Shown here: positions 14,004 to 25,112 of the stretch, in pieces
How the letters are laid out: every line of letters begins with the position of its first letter
Position numbering within the stretch: position 1 is the stretch's first letter
Assembly (NCBI RefSeq): GCF_001194135.2
Contig: NC_068981.1
Coordinates: 120,656,117-120,720,116, forward strand
Direction of reading: 5' to 3'
Source of the DNA: Octopus bimaculoides
Taxonomy: Eukaryota
DNA: 64,000 bases
Program-made: the position numbers and the translations under genes
The notes under the pieces: generated by a model
Told to the model about the DNA's origin: nothing
What the model saw: the letters and a program-made list of their open reading frames with translations, nothing else
Database searches by the model: none

Positions 14004-14470
14004 GTTTCAAATTTTGACTCAAGGCCAGTAAATTCAGGGGCTGAGTGAGTAAATTGATTACATCAACCCTAGTTTGCAGCTGGTACTTATTTTATTGAAC
14101 CTGAGAGGATGAAAAGCAAAGTTGACCTTGGCGGAATTTGAATGCAGAATGTAATGAGTCAGAAGAAATGCTGCTAAGCATTTTGTCCGATATGCTAATG
14201 TTTCTTTTAGCTCTCTACCTAATAATAATAATAATAATAATAATGATGATGATTATTTCAAATGTTGGCAGAAGGCCAGCAGTTCCAAGGGAGGGGGTAA
14301 GTTGATTACATCGATCCCAGTACTTAACCAGTACTTATTTTATTGACCCTGAAAGGATGAAATGTAAAATAACCTTGATAGAATTAGAGCTCAGAATGTG
14401 AAGACAGACAAAATACCACTAAGCATTTTGCCCAGCGTGCTAACAATTCTACCAGCTCGCTACCTTAATA

Positions 14471-14507
<37 letters not shown>

Positions 14508-15610
14508 TTAAAAAAAACCATTATCATTATTGGTAAGAGTGTGGTTAAACAAAATAAAGGTGTTGTGGTTTGCCTACCATATCTTTGAAATGTGAAATGG
14601 TTTGAGGCTGATACTTGCAATTATAGAATGACTAATATCAGAGTGTCTGTGAAGCAGACAAGCACCTCATTTTATGGACATTTGTCCATAAATTCAAATA
14701 TTTATGAACACTTTTCACACTGGCATAATGCCACAAATTGTAAGAGGAAAATGTATAGATGATTGAATTGACATTACTGTATTTATGGTACTTATTTATT
14801 TTTTCAGCTCAGGAAGCGTAGAAGACAAAAAAAATCAATCTCAACAGGATACTAACTTAAAGTACAGTTGGGTGAAATTGAAATTCTTTGAAATAATTGT
14901 TTAGTCTTTTAGTACTACTCTTTATTTCTTTTTTTTCCTTTTCGCCTATCGATACAACATACTCTGCAGCAAGCCAGTGAGGTGGTCTATATGTACATGG
15001 TCAATTAAACCTTTAGAAATAGCAGTTAATTCTCTCTCAAATCACTCTGCTGTATTTTAAGGGAATGAGATATGTAGTGATGCAGTAATTCCTTTACCAT
15101 TAAAATGATATTTATAACATTTTTACTTTATATTTTATTAAAATTTTGTTTTTATACATTTTTAATATTTTCTTTACTATTTTGTTGTCAATATCTTAAT
15201 ACACACACTCACATGTGCACGTCTTCTTTACCATGCCTGCATGGGTCAGACGAAATTCAGTGAGACAGATTTTCTATGGCTGGTTGCTCCTTCTGTCACC
15301 AACTCTCACCTGTTTCCAAACAAGTTAACATTTTCTTCTTGTCCAAACAATCCCCCCTTCTTGTCCAAACAAATCACACTGTTTGTATGGTGACATTTTT
15401 GCTTACGATTTGTATGCAGTATCATATATACTAAAAATTAATATATAAACTAGGTGCAATGTGATACCATAAAGGAAAATTTCAATCATCACTAAATGTG
15501 ACTAAGGGTGCCGAAACATCTGCATTGCTAGAAATAAGAGTTAAAATACTCTTAATGCTGTAAGAAGAGTGCAACTATATACACATATTAATAGGGGAGG
15601 TAACCACCCC

Positions 15611-15641
<31 letters not shown>

Positions 15642-15723
15642 ATAAAAAAAAAACATATATCAGAAAGAAGCACACTCTAAAGAATAGAGCAGTAATTATT
15701 CCAACAAAAATTTTATATCTTGG

Positions 15724-15791
15724 ACATAGAGTTACCCAAGGTTTCACATCCACAAAGCAAAGCATTGTGGACACCTCGTCAGTCTCTATGT
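15724..15791 (-). ncRNA. Type I hammerhead ribozyme motif
   Basis: ACAUAGAGA-CUGACGA-G-GUGUCCACA(loop)UGUGGAUGU-GAAA-CC-UUG-GGUA/ACUCUAUGU: 8-bp stem I, 9-bp stem II, 3-bp stem III, GUA cleavage triplet. Confidence 0.8.
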
Positions 15792-15934
15792 AAATATAAA
15801 ATCTAAAATATCTACATTACATACATGAGGAAACACTCAGAACTTAAGGAATAAGTCTTAACAAAAACATTAATGAAGATGGGTTATCTCCCCTGAATCA
15901 GAGAGGGCAGAAACCCTTATAGACCCGGAGAGAC

Positions 15935-16603
15935 CTAACTAGCAAACGAAGAGATCCAATTTTCCAGTAAGTAGCACTTGAAGTGGATACATTTAGAAAA
16001 TACCTCTTTACAGCTGTTTAATGCACCTGGTTTCTTATAGTCCTTAAGAATTTTGGCTCTCTCCACAATGGAGATCTTGCAGCGGCCACTTCCATTAATA
16101 TATGGGACCGGATCATCAATTAATTTCCACCTGATGTCTCACGGGGTCCCTTGATCTTTGAGGTGTCATACATGGCAGGTTTGGGACGTGACAAGCTGTT
16201 TTTCTGGGACTCTGAAGGATGACTGGTGGTTAAGAAAATGTTGCTTGAACGAAATACTCATGGAACCAATATATTTACACACATGGGATGTGGTCCTATT
16301 CACACCCCTGGTAGTATATGTTGGAGGGCTGGTCATCCCATCGGTGTTGAGGATAAATATTTGATCATCTTCTGAGGTGGTAGAACTGGGAACGGTGGAT
16401 ACCTCCTCCAAGTTGCTGGTCCTGGATAGGTCATTATTTCTAGGTGTGGCTTTTGTACTGGTAGTAATATACATTGTGGACCTGGTCACTCTATCTGTAT
16501 CTATAGTTTGTTTATTATCCATGGCAGTGGTACCAGGGTCTTCAGTGATGTTCTGTGGTGCTGGTCCCAGACTGGTTATTATCTCTGGGGGTGGCAATTG
16601 CAT
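15935..16603 (-). pseudogene. Penelope-like GIY-YIG endonuclease ORF (222 codons, two in-frame TGA) with a Thr/Ser/Pro-rich N-terminus and no RT
   Basis: KYIGSMSISFKQHFLNHQSSFR...HV*HLKDQGTP*DIRWKLIDDPVPYINGSGRCKISIVERAKIL...ALNSCKEVFSKCIHFKCYLL, all in one frame from ATG 16603 to TAG 15935. Confidence 0.75.
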
Positions 16604-17530
16604 TAGTGTGAGAACTGGTTAAACTGCTAATAATATTGCTGTTTGATGGTACATTACTGTTATTGTTGATATCAGGTCTAGGTATCACTATAGCCTCATA
16701 GACGACCCTCTCAGCCTCGCATCAGCCTCCTATTGGACAGTTATTATATACCCTGAAAGAGCAACCTTCCTCCTCCCTTGTATTGTGGTGAGGGAGGGAG
16801 GGAGAGGGAGACAAGGCGTACATTAAAAACTTCAACTAACCTCATTTGGTTGTCATTTCATATGGATTCTAAAAGGAATTTTCAATTGCTCTGTATTATA
16901 ATTTAAAGAAAGATTTTGAGCATTTTTTATCATAGTTCTGCTCACTCAATGTTGACTTGAAAAATCAATAACTACAATGACACCACCACTACCAACAACA
17001 ACAATAGCATGCTCTACTGTGCTTGTGGTTGAGATGGAACAGATAATGACTATACTGTGAAGGTGGTGTTATTCAAATAGGAAGTTTAGACATTGATTTT
17101 GATATGTTTACAAGATAGATGGCAGTAGGCTCCCAAATGCAGTTTTCTATGCTGATCTGTGTCAGGGCAGGCAGAGCCATGGTGACCAGAGGTTGTGATA
17201 CAGAGATGTGCTTAAGTGACACATGAAGAACTCTGGCATCTCGTCAGACACCTTGAAGGAGAAAGCCCTGCGATTCAGTGAATGGCACTGATAGCTGAAG
17301 CTTGTAATTCCACCCATTAATGAGAAACAGAGATTATGGAAAAGTAGATTTGAGATGTCACTTCTCTGTTGAACCGAGTAGCTTTGTCTGCAGCGTGTCA
17401 TCACTGCTGCAGGCCTTGTAACCCACAAGATGATTACTGAATGGCAGAGATGATTACTGAGCATGAACAATCAACATTGACCTATGATGGACAGCTGCCA
17501 CTGCCAAGTGTTGTTATTGTTATAAAAGAA

Positions 17531-17575
<45 letters not shown>

Positions 17576-17577
<2 letters not shown>

Positions 17578-17793
17578 ATTCAAATTACGACAAATGTAAA
17601 TAAACAAATGAAGTTTGCTTTTAGAGGCGTTGAGATGTTTTAGAAAGTTAAAGAAGTGATTTTAATTTCTCAATCGCAGAATAATGCTAATAATATAGCT
17701 TGAACAGGATAAACTACCCCTATTTTGCAGAAAAAAGTGTAGGTGGTTAGCTGTGGACTCGAACTCACATCCCAGTGATTACGCGTCACGATG

Positions 17794-17795
<2 letters not shown>
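17576..17795 (-). mobile_element. tRNA-derived element lacking its 5' A-box part, embedded between two (ATT)n arrays
   Basis: Reverse strand GTGA-CGCGTAA-TCAC anticodon-like arm and B box GAGTTCGAGTCC. Confidence 0.5.
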
Positions 17796-17839
<44 letters not shown>

Positions 17840-17843
<4 letters not shown>

Positions 17844-18880
17844 TAGTAATCATTAGCATGCCCAGTGAAATACCTAGTACTATTTTGTCTGCCACTACAT
17901 TCTGAGTTCAAATTCCACCGAAGTCAACTTTGCCTTTTATCCTTTCGGGGTCGATGTAATTGGCTTAATTCCTCCCACCAAATTTCAGGCCTTGTGCCTT
18001 TAGTAGAAAATATCATTATTATTATGGTAGCAAGCTGGCAGAATCTTTAGCATGTTGGACAAAATGCTTTGCAGTATTTTATCTGTCGTTATATTCTGAG
18101 TTCAGATTCTGTCAAGGTCGATTTTGCCTTTCATCCTTTTGAGGTCGATGACATAAGTACCCATCAACTGCTGGGGTTGACTAGTACCCTCCCCACAAAT
18201 TTCAGGCTTTGTGCCCTTATTAGATAGGATTATTATTATTATTGTTATTAAGGTGGCAAGCTGGCAGAATCATTAGATTGCCAGGTGAAATGCTTGGCAG
18301 TATTTCACTCATCTTTACATTCTGAGTTTGACTTCCACTGAGATTAATTGCTTTTTATCCTTTTTGGGTCGATAAACTAAGTACCAGTTGAGCACTGGAA
18401 TCAATATAATCGATTAGTCCCCTCCCCCAAAATTCCACACCTTATGCCTATAGTATGAAGGATTATTATTATTATTAAGGTTGAAAGCTGACAGAATTGT
18501 TAGCACACTGAAGAAAATACTCTGTCGCATTTCCTCTGTCTGTCAAATTCTGCCAAGAGTGACTCTGCCGTTCATCCTATTGGGGTTAATGAAATTGACT
18601 TGCCCCTCCCCTCAAATTACTGGCTTTGTACCACGATCATCATCATTATTATTATTAATATTATTTTTAAGGTGGTGAGCTAGCAGAATCATTAGTACAC
18701 TGAGCAAAATGCTTAGCGATATGTCATCTGTCACTATGCACTGAGTTCAAATTCTGCCGAGATTGACTTTGCTTTTCATCATTTCGGAGTCCATGAAAAA
18801 AATACCAGCTGAGTACTGAGGTTGATGTAATCAACTATGCCCCTCCCCCAATTTTAAGCCTTGTGCCTATAGCAGAAAGG

Positions 18881-18925
<45 letters not shown>
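17840..18925 (+). mobile_element. Five head-to-tail copies of tRNA-derived SINE family A separated by (ATT)n; other copies about 8880-9345(-), 11853-12087, 12851-13320, 14004-14470(-), 46812-47070, 55445-55920(-), 60065-60213, 63864-64000
   Basis: Each unit: aagg.ggc.agctggcagaatc.ttagc (A box) ... gagttcaaatt (B box) ... ggtcgactttgcctttcatcc ... ccttgtgcctatagtagaaaggattattatt. Confidence 0.85.
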
Positions 18926-18952
<27 letters not shown>

Positions 18953-20124
18953 CTGGTGCTAGTAAATTAGAGGTCTTGTTTGTGAAGTGAAATAGCTTCA
19001 AACAAAATCTGAACCACATTGTGGACTCAACTGATTGGAAGAAGGATGTCACTAGTTTATGTTGCTTGCTATGAGATTTGTCAATATTGTTTCAAATGAA
19101 CTACAAAAAAAGAAACATCAGCAGAACCAACAGCATGAAAAAAAAAACCCCCACAAAAAACATGCAAAAAAAAATTGGAAAATACATGGGACTTCAATAC
19201 ATAACTTTAATGAGATAGCTGCTAAGTGTTAGAACACTTGAGTGTCATCTTCAAAAGCATTAATATTACCGCTTGTTAATATGGTTTTGAAGTTTGGAGT
19301 ATTACTAAATTGAATTTTGGCTCAATCATCACAGATTCAGCTGAATATTCCAGAATATTTTTGTAAATTACACTGTTATTGCATATGTGTGTGTGTGTGT
19401 GTGTGCAAGTGAAACCATTTTATTATTTCATGTTGGGTCCATATTTTCTATGCCAAATCTACGATACATCTTCATTGTGCTAGAAAACGCTATCTGCGAT
19501 CTATATTCTTTCTCTTTCTTTTTCACTTTTTCTTATTTTTTCCTTCTTTCCATCTTTTTTCTTTTTGTTGTTTCTATCTTCTCTCCTCTTTCTCCTCCTT
19601 TCCCTTCTGTCCCCCACCTTCCTGAATGTTGCAGGAATTATAAAGTTGTCTTGTAGCTTGGTGTTCTCTTCTTTGACATTTCGAAACTGCCCTTCAACAT
19701 CCACTTCATCATTTTAGACATCCACTTCATCATTTTAGACATCCACTTTTCTATATTTGCATAACCCAACAAAATTTCTTACTGTGGCAAATTTTCTGTG
19801 GCTGGATGCTCTCCCTATCACCAACCCTCGCTTGTTTCCAAGTAAGGTAATTGTTTTTCCTGCATGGCTGGACATGTTTTCATGGAAGATTAGAAATGAA
19901 GTACATCACTTGCATAATGGTGACACTCATTTACAACAATCTTTGTCAGACAGTTGTAATCCTACTAAAATTTTAGTATGATCACAACTGTCGGACAAAT
20001 GGTTTCATGAAACTCTAGTAACAGTTTGTGAAGACTTTTTTAACTTTCATAACAAAACAGATTACTCTACCTTCACTATTTGAGTACTATTTTTTTCCAC
20101 CTTGTTTTGTATTCATGTGCTTAC

Positions 20125-20173
<49 letters not shown>

Positions 20174-21146
20174 TTATGGGCTTTTTTGAGTTTCCATGTA
20201 ACTAACAAATCTACACACAATGTTTTGGTTGGCTTGAGGCTATAGTAGAAGACACTTGCCCAATTTGTCACAGAGTGAGATTGAACCCAGAACCATGTGG
20301 CTGGGAAGCAAAATTTTTAACCACACATCCATACCTGCTTTGTGTATATATTTTTTTTTTCAGTAAAATAAGCTACCAACCAAGTACTCATCATCATCAT
20401 CTTCATCTATTAGGTTGTTTGATTCCCAATCTGGGTTCTGGGTTCATTTCCACAAGTGCCTTTTACTATAGCCTTAGGCTAACCAAAATAGACTACCAGC
20501 CAAGTACTGTAGTCGATTATCATTGGCTAACCCACTTCCCTCTGAACCTGCTGGCCTTGTACCTAAATTGGAAGTCATTATTTAAGGCATTGTATTGGCA
20601 GAATTGTCAGAACATCGAAAACATGCAATCATTCCAGTTATTTTCATTCTGAAATAGAATATTTACATTCCTAAATTAAAATGCATTATTATTATTATTA
20701 GGGTAATCTGTGGATGTGCATGGCTGTTCACCCATCTAGTTGTCTTTCTCCTATTTTAGGAGTCCTTTCTTGTCTCTATTGTGTCAGCTTACATTGCTAT
20801 TGCTATTTATTCTCTAATTAATAATAAGTCTTTATTATTTGGCTGATCTCACCCTCTTAACATACTGTAAATCCCCACTGTATGTCTTTTTGTATTTTCC
20901 TTTTCTGTTTCATCTCTGTACAGTTTCCCTAATTTTTGGGTCTTTTGGCTATGGGGCAGAATTAGAACATCAGAAAAAGTGCCTTGCAGTATTTGTTCTT
21001 CCTTTTTACATTCCAAGCTCAAATCTTGCTGCAGTCAACTTTACCTTCAATAAATAAATACAAGTCCAGGGAATCAATTTAATCAACTGTCCCCTCTCCC
21101 AACAAATTTGGGAGCCTTGTGCTAGAAATCAATTATTATCTTAGAG

Positions 21147-22205
21147 CAGTGGTTCTCAACCAGAGTTCATATGGTCCTTGGGGATCCATATAAGATTTTG
21201 TTGTTAAAATTTGTGTGCAATAAATTCATTAAGCTCTTTACTCTTTTACTTGTTTCAGTCATTTGACTGTGGCCATGCTGGAGCACTGCTTTAGTCAAGC
21301 AAATCAAACCCAGAGCTTATTCTTTGTAAGTCTAGTACTTATTCTATTGGTATCTTTTGCCGAATTGCTAAGTTACATGGACGTAAACACCCCAGCATCG
21401 GTTGTCAAGCGATGTTGGGTGGGGGGACAAACACAGACACACAAACATATACACACACAGAACTCCAACTAAAGAGTATAAAATCCACAGAATTGTCTTC
21501 CCTTACACACACTTCCTGTTTTGACACCACACTTCCTGTTTTGACACTACACTTCCTGTTTGACACATAAACTCTCAGCCTTTTTTAAACAGAACATGAT
21601 TCTAAATTCCATGCATCTTAATCTATCTAACAATTATCTACATGGATTACCATTGAACTTTAAAAACTCAAAGACAATATAATGTATTGGTATATTTATT
21701 TTTTTTTATATATATTTTATATTTTTGTAAAAAACATTATTTTCATTTCCCCTCTTCTTGAAAATTTGCCATGCAAGGAAAGCCGGTTAGAAATCCTTTT
21801 TAATCCTCCTTATGCACATCTATATTAATATATGCTTTCAGTTTAGGATTCTACCTTATTATTATTATTATTTTTTATTTTCCTATATATATACGATAGG
21901 CTTCTTCCAGTTTCTGTTTACCAAATCCACCAAGGTTTTGGTCAGCCTGAGGCTATAGTAGAAGACACTTGCCCAAGGTGCCATGCAGTGGAACTGAACC
22001 CAGGACCATGTGGCTGGTAATCAAGCTACTTACCACACAGCCACTACAAAATATTTAAACAATTTTTTAATACAATTCCTAATAATATTTAATTATAAAA
22101 ACATAATGGGAGGTTTTAGATATTGAATGGCTATGAGAGTTCTCCTCTTTGAGTAAAATAGGAATCTAATAGGTCCATAGGGCAAAGATTGGTTGAGAAC
22201 CACTG
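21147..22205. mobile_element. hAT/Charlie-type MITE carrying nested insertions
   Basis: Perfect 15-bp TIRs CAGTGGTTCTCAACC / GGTTGAGAACCACTG and perfect 8-bp TSD TCTTAGAG (21139-46, 22206-13). Confidence 0.9.
21507..21566. repeat. Three tandem 20-bp units CACACTTCCTGTTTTGACAC
   Basis: Directly visible; each unit contains ACTTCCTGT. Confidence 0.9.
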
Positions 22206-22403
22206 TCTTAGAGTGATGGATTGGCAGAATTGATAGTGCTTTTGAGAAAATGCCTTTAACTCTTTACATTTGAGTTTAAGTCCTGCTGAGGTCAACTTCA
22301 GCTTAATTTTTCTGAGATTGATAAATTATTAGGTTGAAGAATAAGTTCATGTGCCATGTTAAAATAATGATTTTTTATGCAAGAATTTATTCAAAAATAG
22401 CAA

Positions 22404-22730
22404 CTATTCTTCAAAATAAAGACCATCGTTTTTCACAACTTTCTGCCAACGATCTGCAAGCTTTCTGATTTGGTCAAAGTACCAATCCTTCAGTTTTGAA
22501 TCGAAAAGTTCTTGACAGGCTCCTTCCACTTCATCGAATGACTCAAATCAGTGACCTTTCATGAAGTGCTGCATTGGTCGGAAAAGACTGGTCAGATGGA
22601 GCAATGTCTGGCTATAGGTGGCATGTGGCAGAGCTTCCACACCATCCAATTCTTCTATCTTGTTGCTGGTCTTTCTGGTGGTATGTGGCTTTGCACTGTC
22701 TTGTTGAAACAAAGCGCATTTGACAAACAC
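22404..22730 (-). mobile_element. Mariner (Tc1/mariner) transposase C-terminal remnant
   Basis: FQQDSAKPH (HDNARPH), LPHATYSQ (HPPYSPD), LFRPMQHFMKG, IRKLADRWQKVVKNDGLYFEE*. Confidence 0.85.
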
Positions 22731-23742
22731 AGTGAGTCACCATTGGACATGACATGAATTAAATGAACACACACACACACCCCAAAAATATGTAAAAAAA
22801 ACCATTATTTTAACACAGCACCCAAAATTTTTCCTCAACCTAATAACAAGTACTGGGCTTGATTTGGCTAACCTCTCCATACTAAATATCAAGCCCCAGG
22901 GCTTTTAGAAACAATTTTTGGGACTGTAGATTAGAAGAATCCTTAGAACATGTGAAAAAAATGCTTAGCAGTATTTAGTTACTGGTCTTTATATTCTGGA
23001 TTCAAATCCCCTTGAAGTCAACTTTGCCTGCCATCCTTTTGAAGCCAATCCAGTGCTCAACTGATGCTTATCCTAATAGTTAAGCCCTCCCCAGTTTCCC
23101 AGAATTTTGGGCCTGTGATTATAGTAGAAATGAAAAAGAAAAAAAAAAGACAATATAGTGGGGCAACAAATGGTAGACTTGGTAGAGCACCAGATAAAAT
23201 ACCTTGCAAGTCTTTCACAGCTGGTTTCTTGCCATACCTAATGCTAACCACTCATCTCTAGAATTAGATGTGGAAGTTTTTTTTTTTGGATTGGATGAAA
23301 TGAATATTATTAAGTGTTTTGTTCAAGAATACAATTTGTAAATTTAAGCTTATGTACAGTAATCTTGCACTTCACAAAGCTTCTTTAATCAGCATTATCT
23401 TATTTGATGATTTCACTTCCTGTGTCAAGGAGAAACTAAAAGTTTGTTTTCGAAAGAAACCATGTATAGGATCTATGTATATGTGTATGTACATACATAT
23501 ATGTATGTTAGTTTGTTTTTATGCCTGTTTTTCCATGCTAGCATCGGTAAAATGAATGTGGCATTGATTTACAGCTGGATGCTCTTCCTGATGTTAACCT
23601 CTACCTGCTTTTCAAATAAGGCATCTCTTCTTAGAGTTTTGAAGCAACAAAATGAACTGACAAGTTACTCACAGAAGTGCCAACACCACCACCACTTCAG
23701 TGACTCTTGAATAACAAGTGCAGGTGTAATCCCCCACTCTCT

Positions 23743-23797
<55 letters not shown>

Positions 23798-23875
23798 GGA
23801 GAGAGAGGCAGTGCTCCAGCATGGCTGCAGTCAAATGACTGAAACAAGGAAAAGTGTAAAATAATACACATGCAT

Positions 23876-23913
<38 letters not shown>

Positions 23914-24740
23914 AGCTAGCTTGTTTTCGTTTCTGTTTAACAGATCCACTTAAGGTTTTTATCAGCCTTGGGCTATAGCAGAAAGCACTTATAGAAGGTG
24001 CTGTACAATGGGACTGAACTCAAAACTACATGGTTGGGAACTGAACTTCTAAACTGCACAGCCATTCCTGCACCTGTGCATGGTGTTGAATTGATGCCTT
24101 GCATTATTTGTTCCAGCTCTGCTGGATTCTGAGTTCAAATCCTGCCTCAGTGAATCAACTTTGCTTTTCTTCCTTTTGAGGCCAATAAATAAAATACCTC
24201 TCCAAGGTATTGATAGAATTTTTTAGAGAATTGAACAAGATGCCTAGTGACATCTGTTTCAGTTCTGTATGTTCCTGGTTCAAATCCAAACTCCTGTCAA
24301 TTACCCCCCCCCCCACCACCACCGCCAAAACAAAACAAAAAATAAAAAGAAAATGTGAAGTTAAAATGTAAAACTGTGCTTTTTGAGACATGGTGATAAT
24401 GATGTTTGGCTTAGAACATCCTTAAGCAAGTGAGCCAAGTATTTTAGCTAATCATTCTGAATGTTTGCTTACCAGTTAACAAGACAAACATCAAGAGGAT
24501 TTTCAAGTCCTTTTCAATCAACAATACATATATTTTTGTGTGTTTGTTATGAGTGCTGTGGTATATTCTTTAGCTGGTTCCTGCCAGTTAGCTTTGATGA
24601 TGTAGTGGCACTGCTGTTAATATTGTAGTAATTTTGCTATAAACTGAATCCAGGAATCTGGCTTTATTTTTCTGTAGGAATCTTTTAATTTGGTTGTTAA
24701 ATCTCTCTGAAATAGTGCAAACTTCATAGCTGCTGTTTTT

Positions 24741-25112
24741 TATTACTTCTGCCTTAGCGAAGGCGGAGGTATTGTTTTCAGTCATGTTTGTTTGCTCGTT
24801 TGTCCATGGACAAGATATCTCAAGAACCGCTGGATGGATTTGGATGAAAGTTTCAGGGATGTTTAGCCTTGTGATTGGCATGAACTGATTATATGTTGAG
24901 ATTGATCTAGTACTGGACACGGATTCTAGATTATTTTCCCTGTTTTTTTTATTTAATTTTTGTGAGCGGCCAGGTTCATTTTTAGCGTTCTTGTTTGTGA
25001 GAGCATTTGAGTTTATTTCAGATATTCTCATTTTAAAAATCATCTCTGGCTAATTGTTGAGCGGATGGTAGTGTTGCCTTGGCGGAGGTTTGTGCTCACT
25101 GAGTGCTCTTTT
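24741..25112 (+). mobile_element. Non-autonomous Helentron/DINE-1-like element
   Basis: 5' TATTACTTCTGCCTTAGCGAAGGCGGAGG, short (GTTT)n, 3' sub-terminal inverted repeat CCTTGGCGGAGG, terminal hairpin GTGCTC-ACT-GAGTGC, T-rich flanks. Confidence 0.7.

Noticed and set aside
15494-15527. Plus-strand hammerhead-like aatg-tgactaa-gggtgcc-gaaac-atct-gcatt
   Set aside because: The CUGANGA core has at least two defects; only stem I/II hints remain, so it is not supportable as a feature.
16139-16168. Two in-frame TGA codons in the GIY-YIG ORF as selenocysteine, as reported for some Naiad-clade PLEs
   Set aside because: They fall at positions expected to be Trp or another aromatic residue (HV-W-LK), not Cys, so TGG>TGA decay is simpler; no SECIS was identified by eye.
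24588-25043. 151-aa minus-strand ORF
   Set aside because: Lies antisense across the non-autonomous Helentron-like element; no domain.
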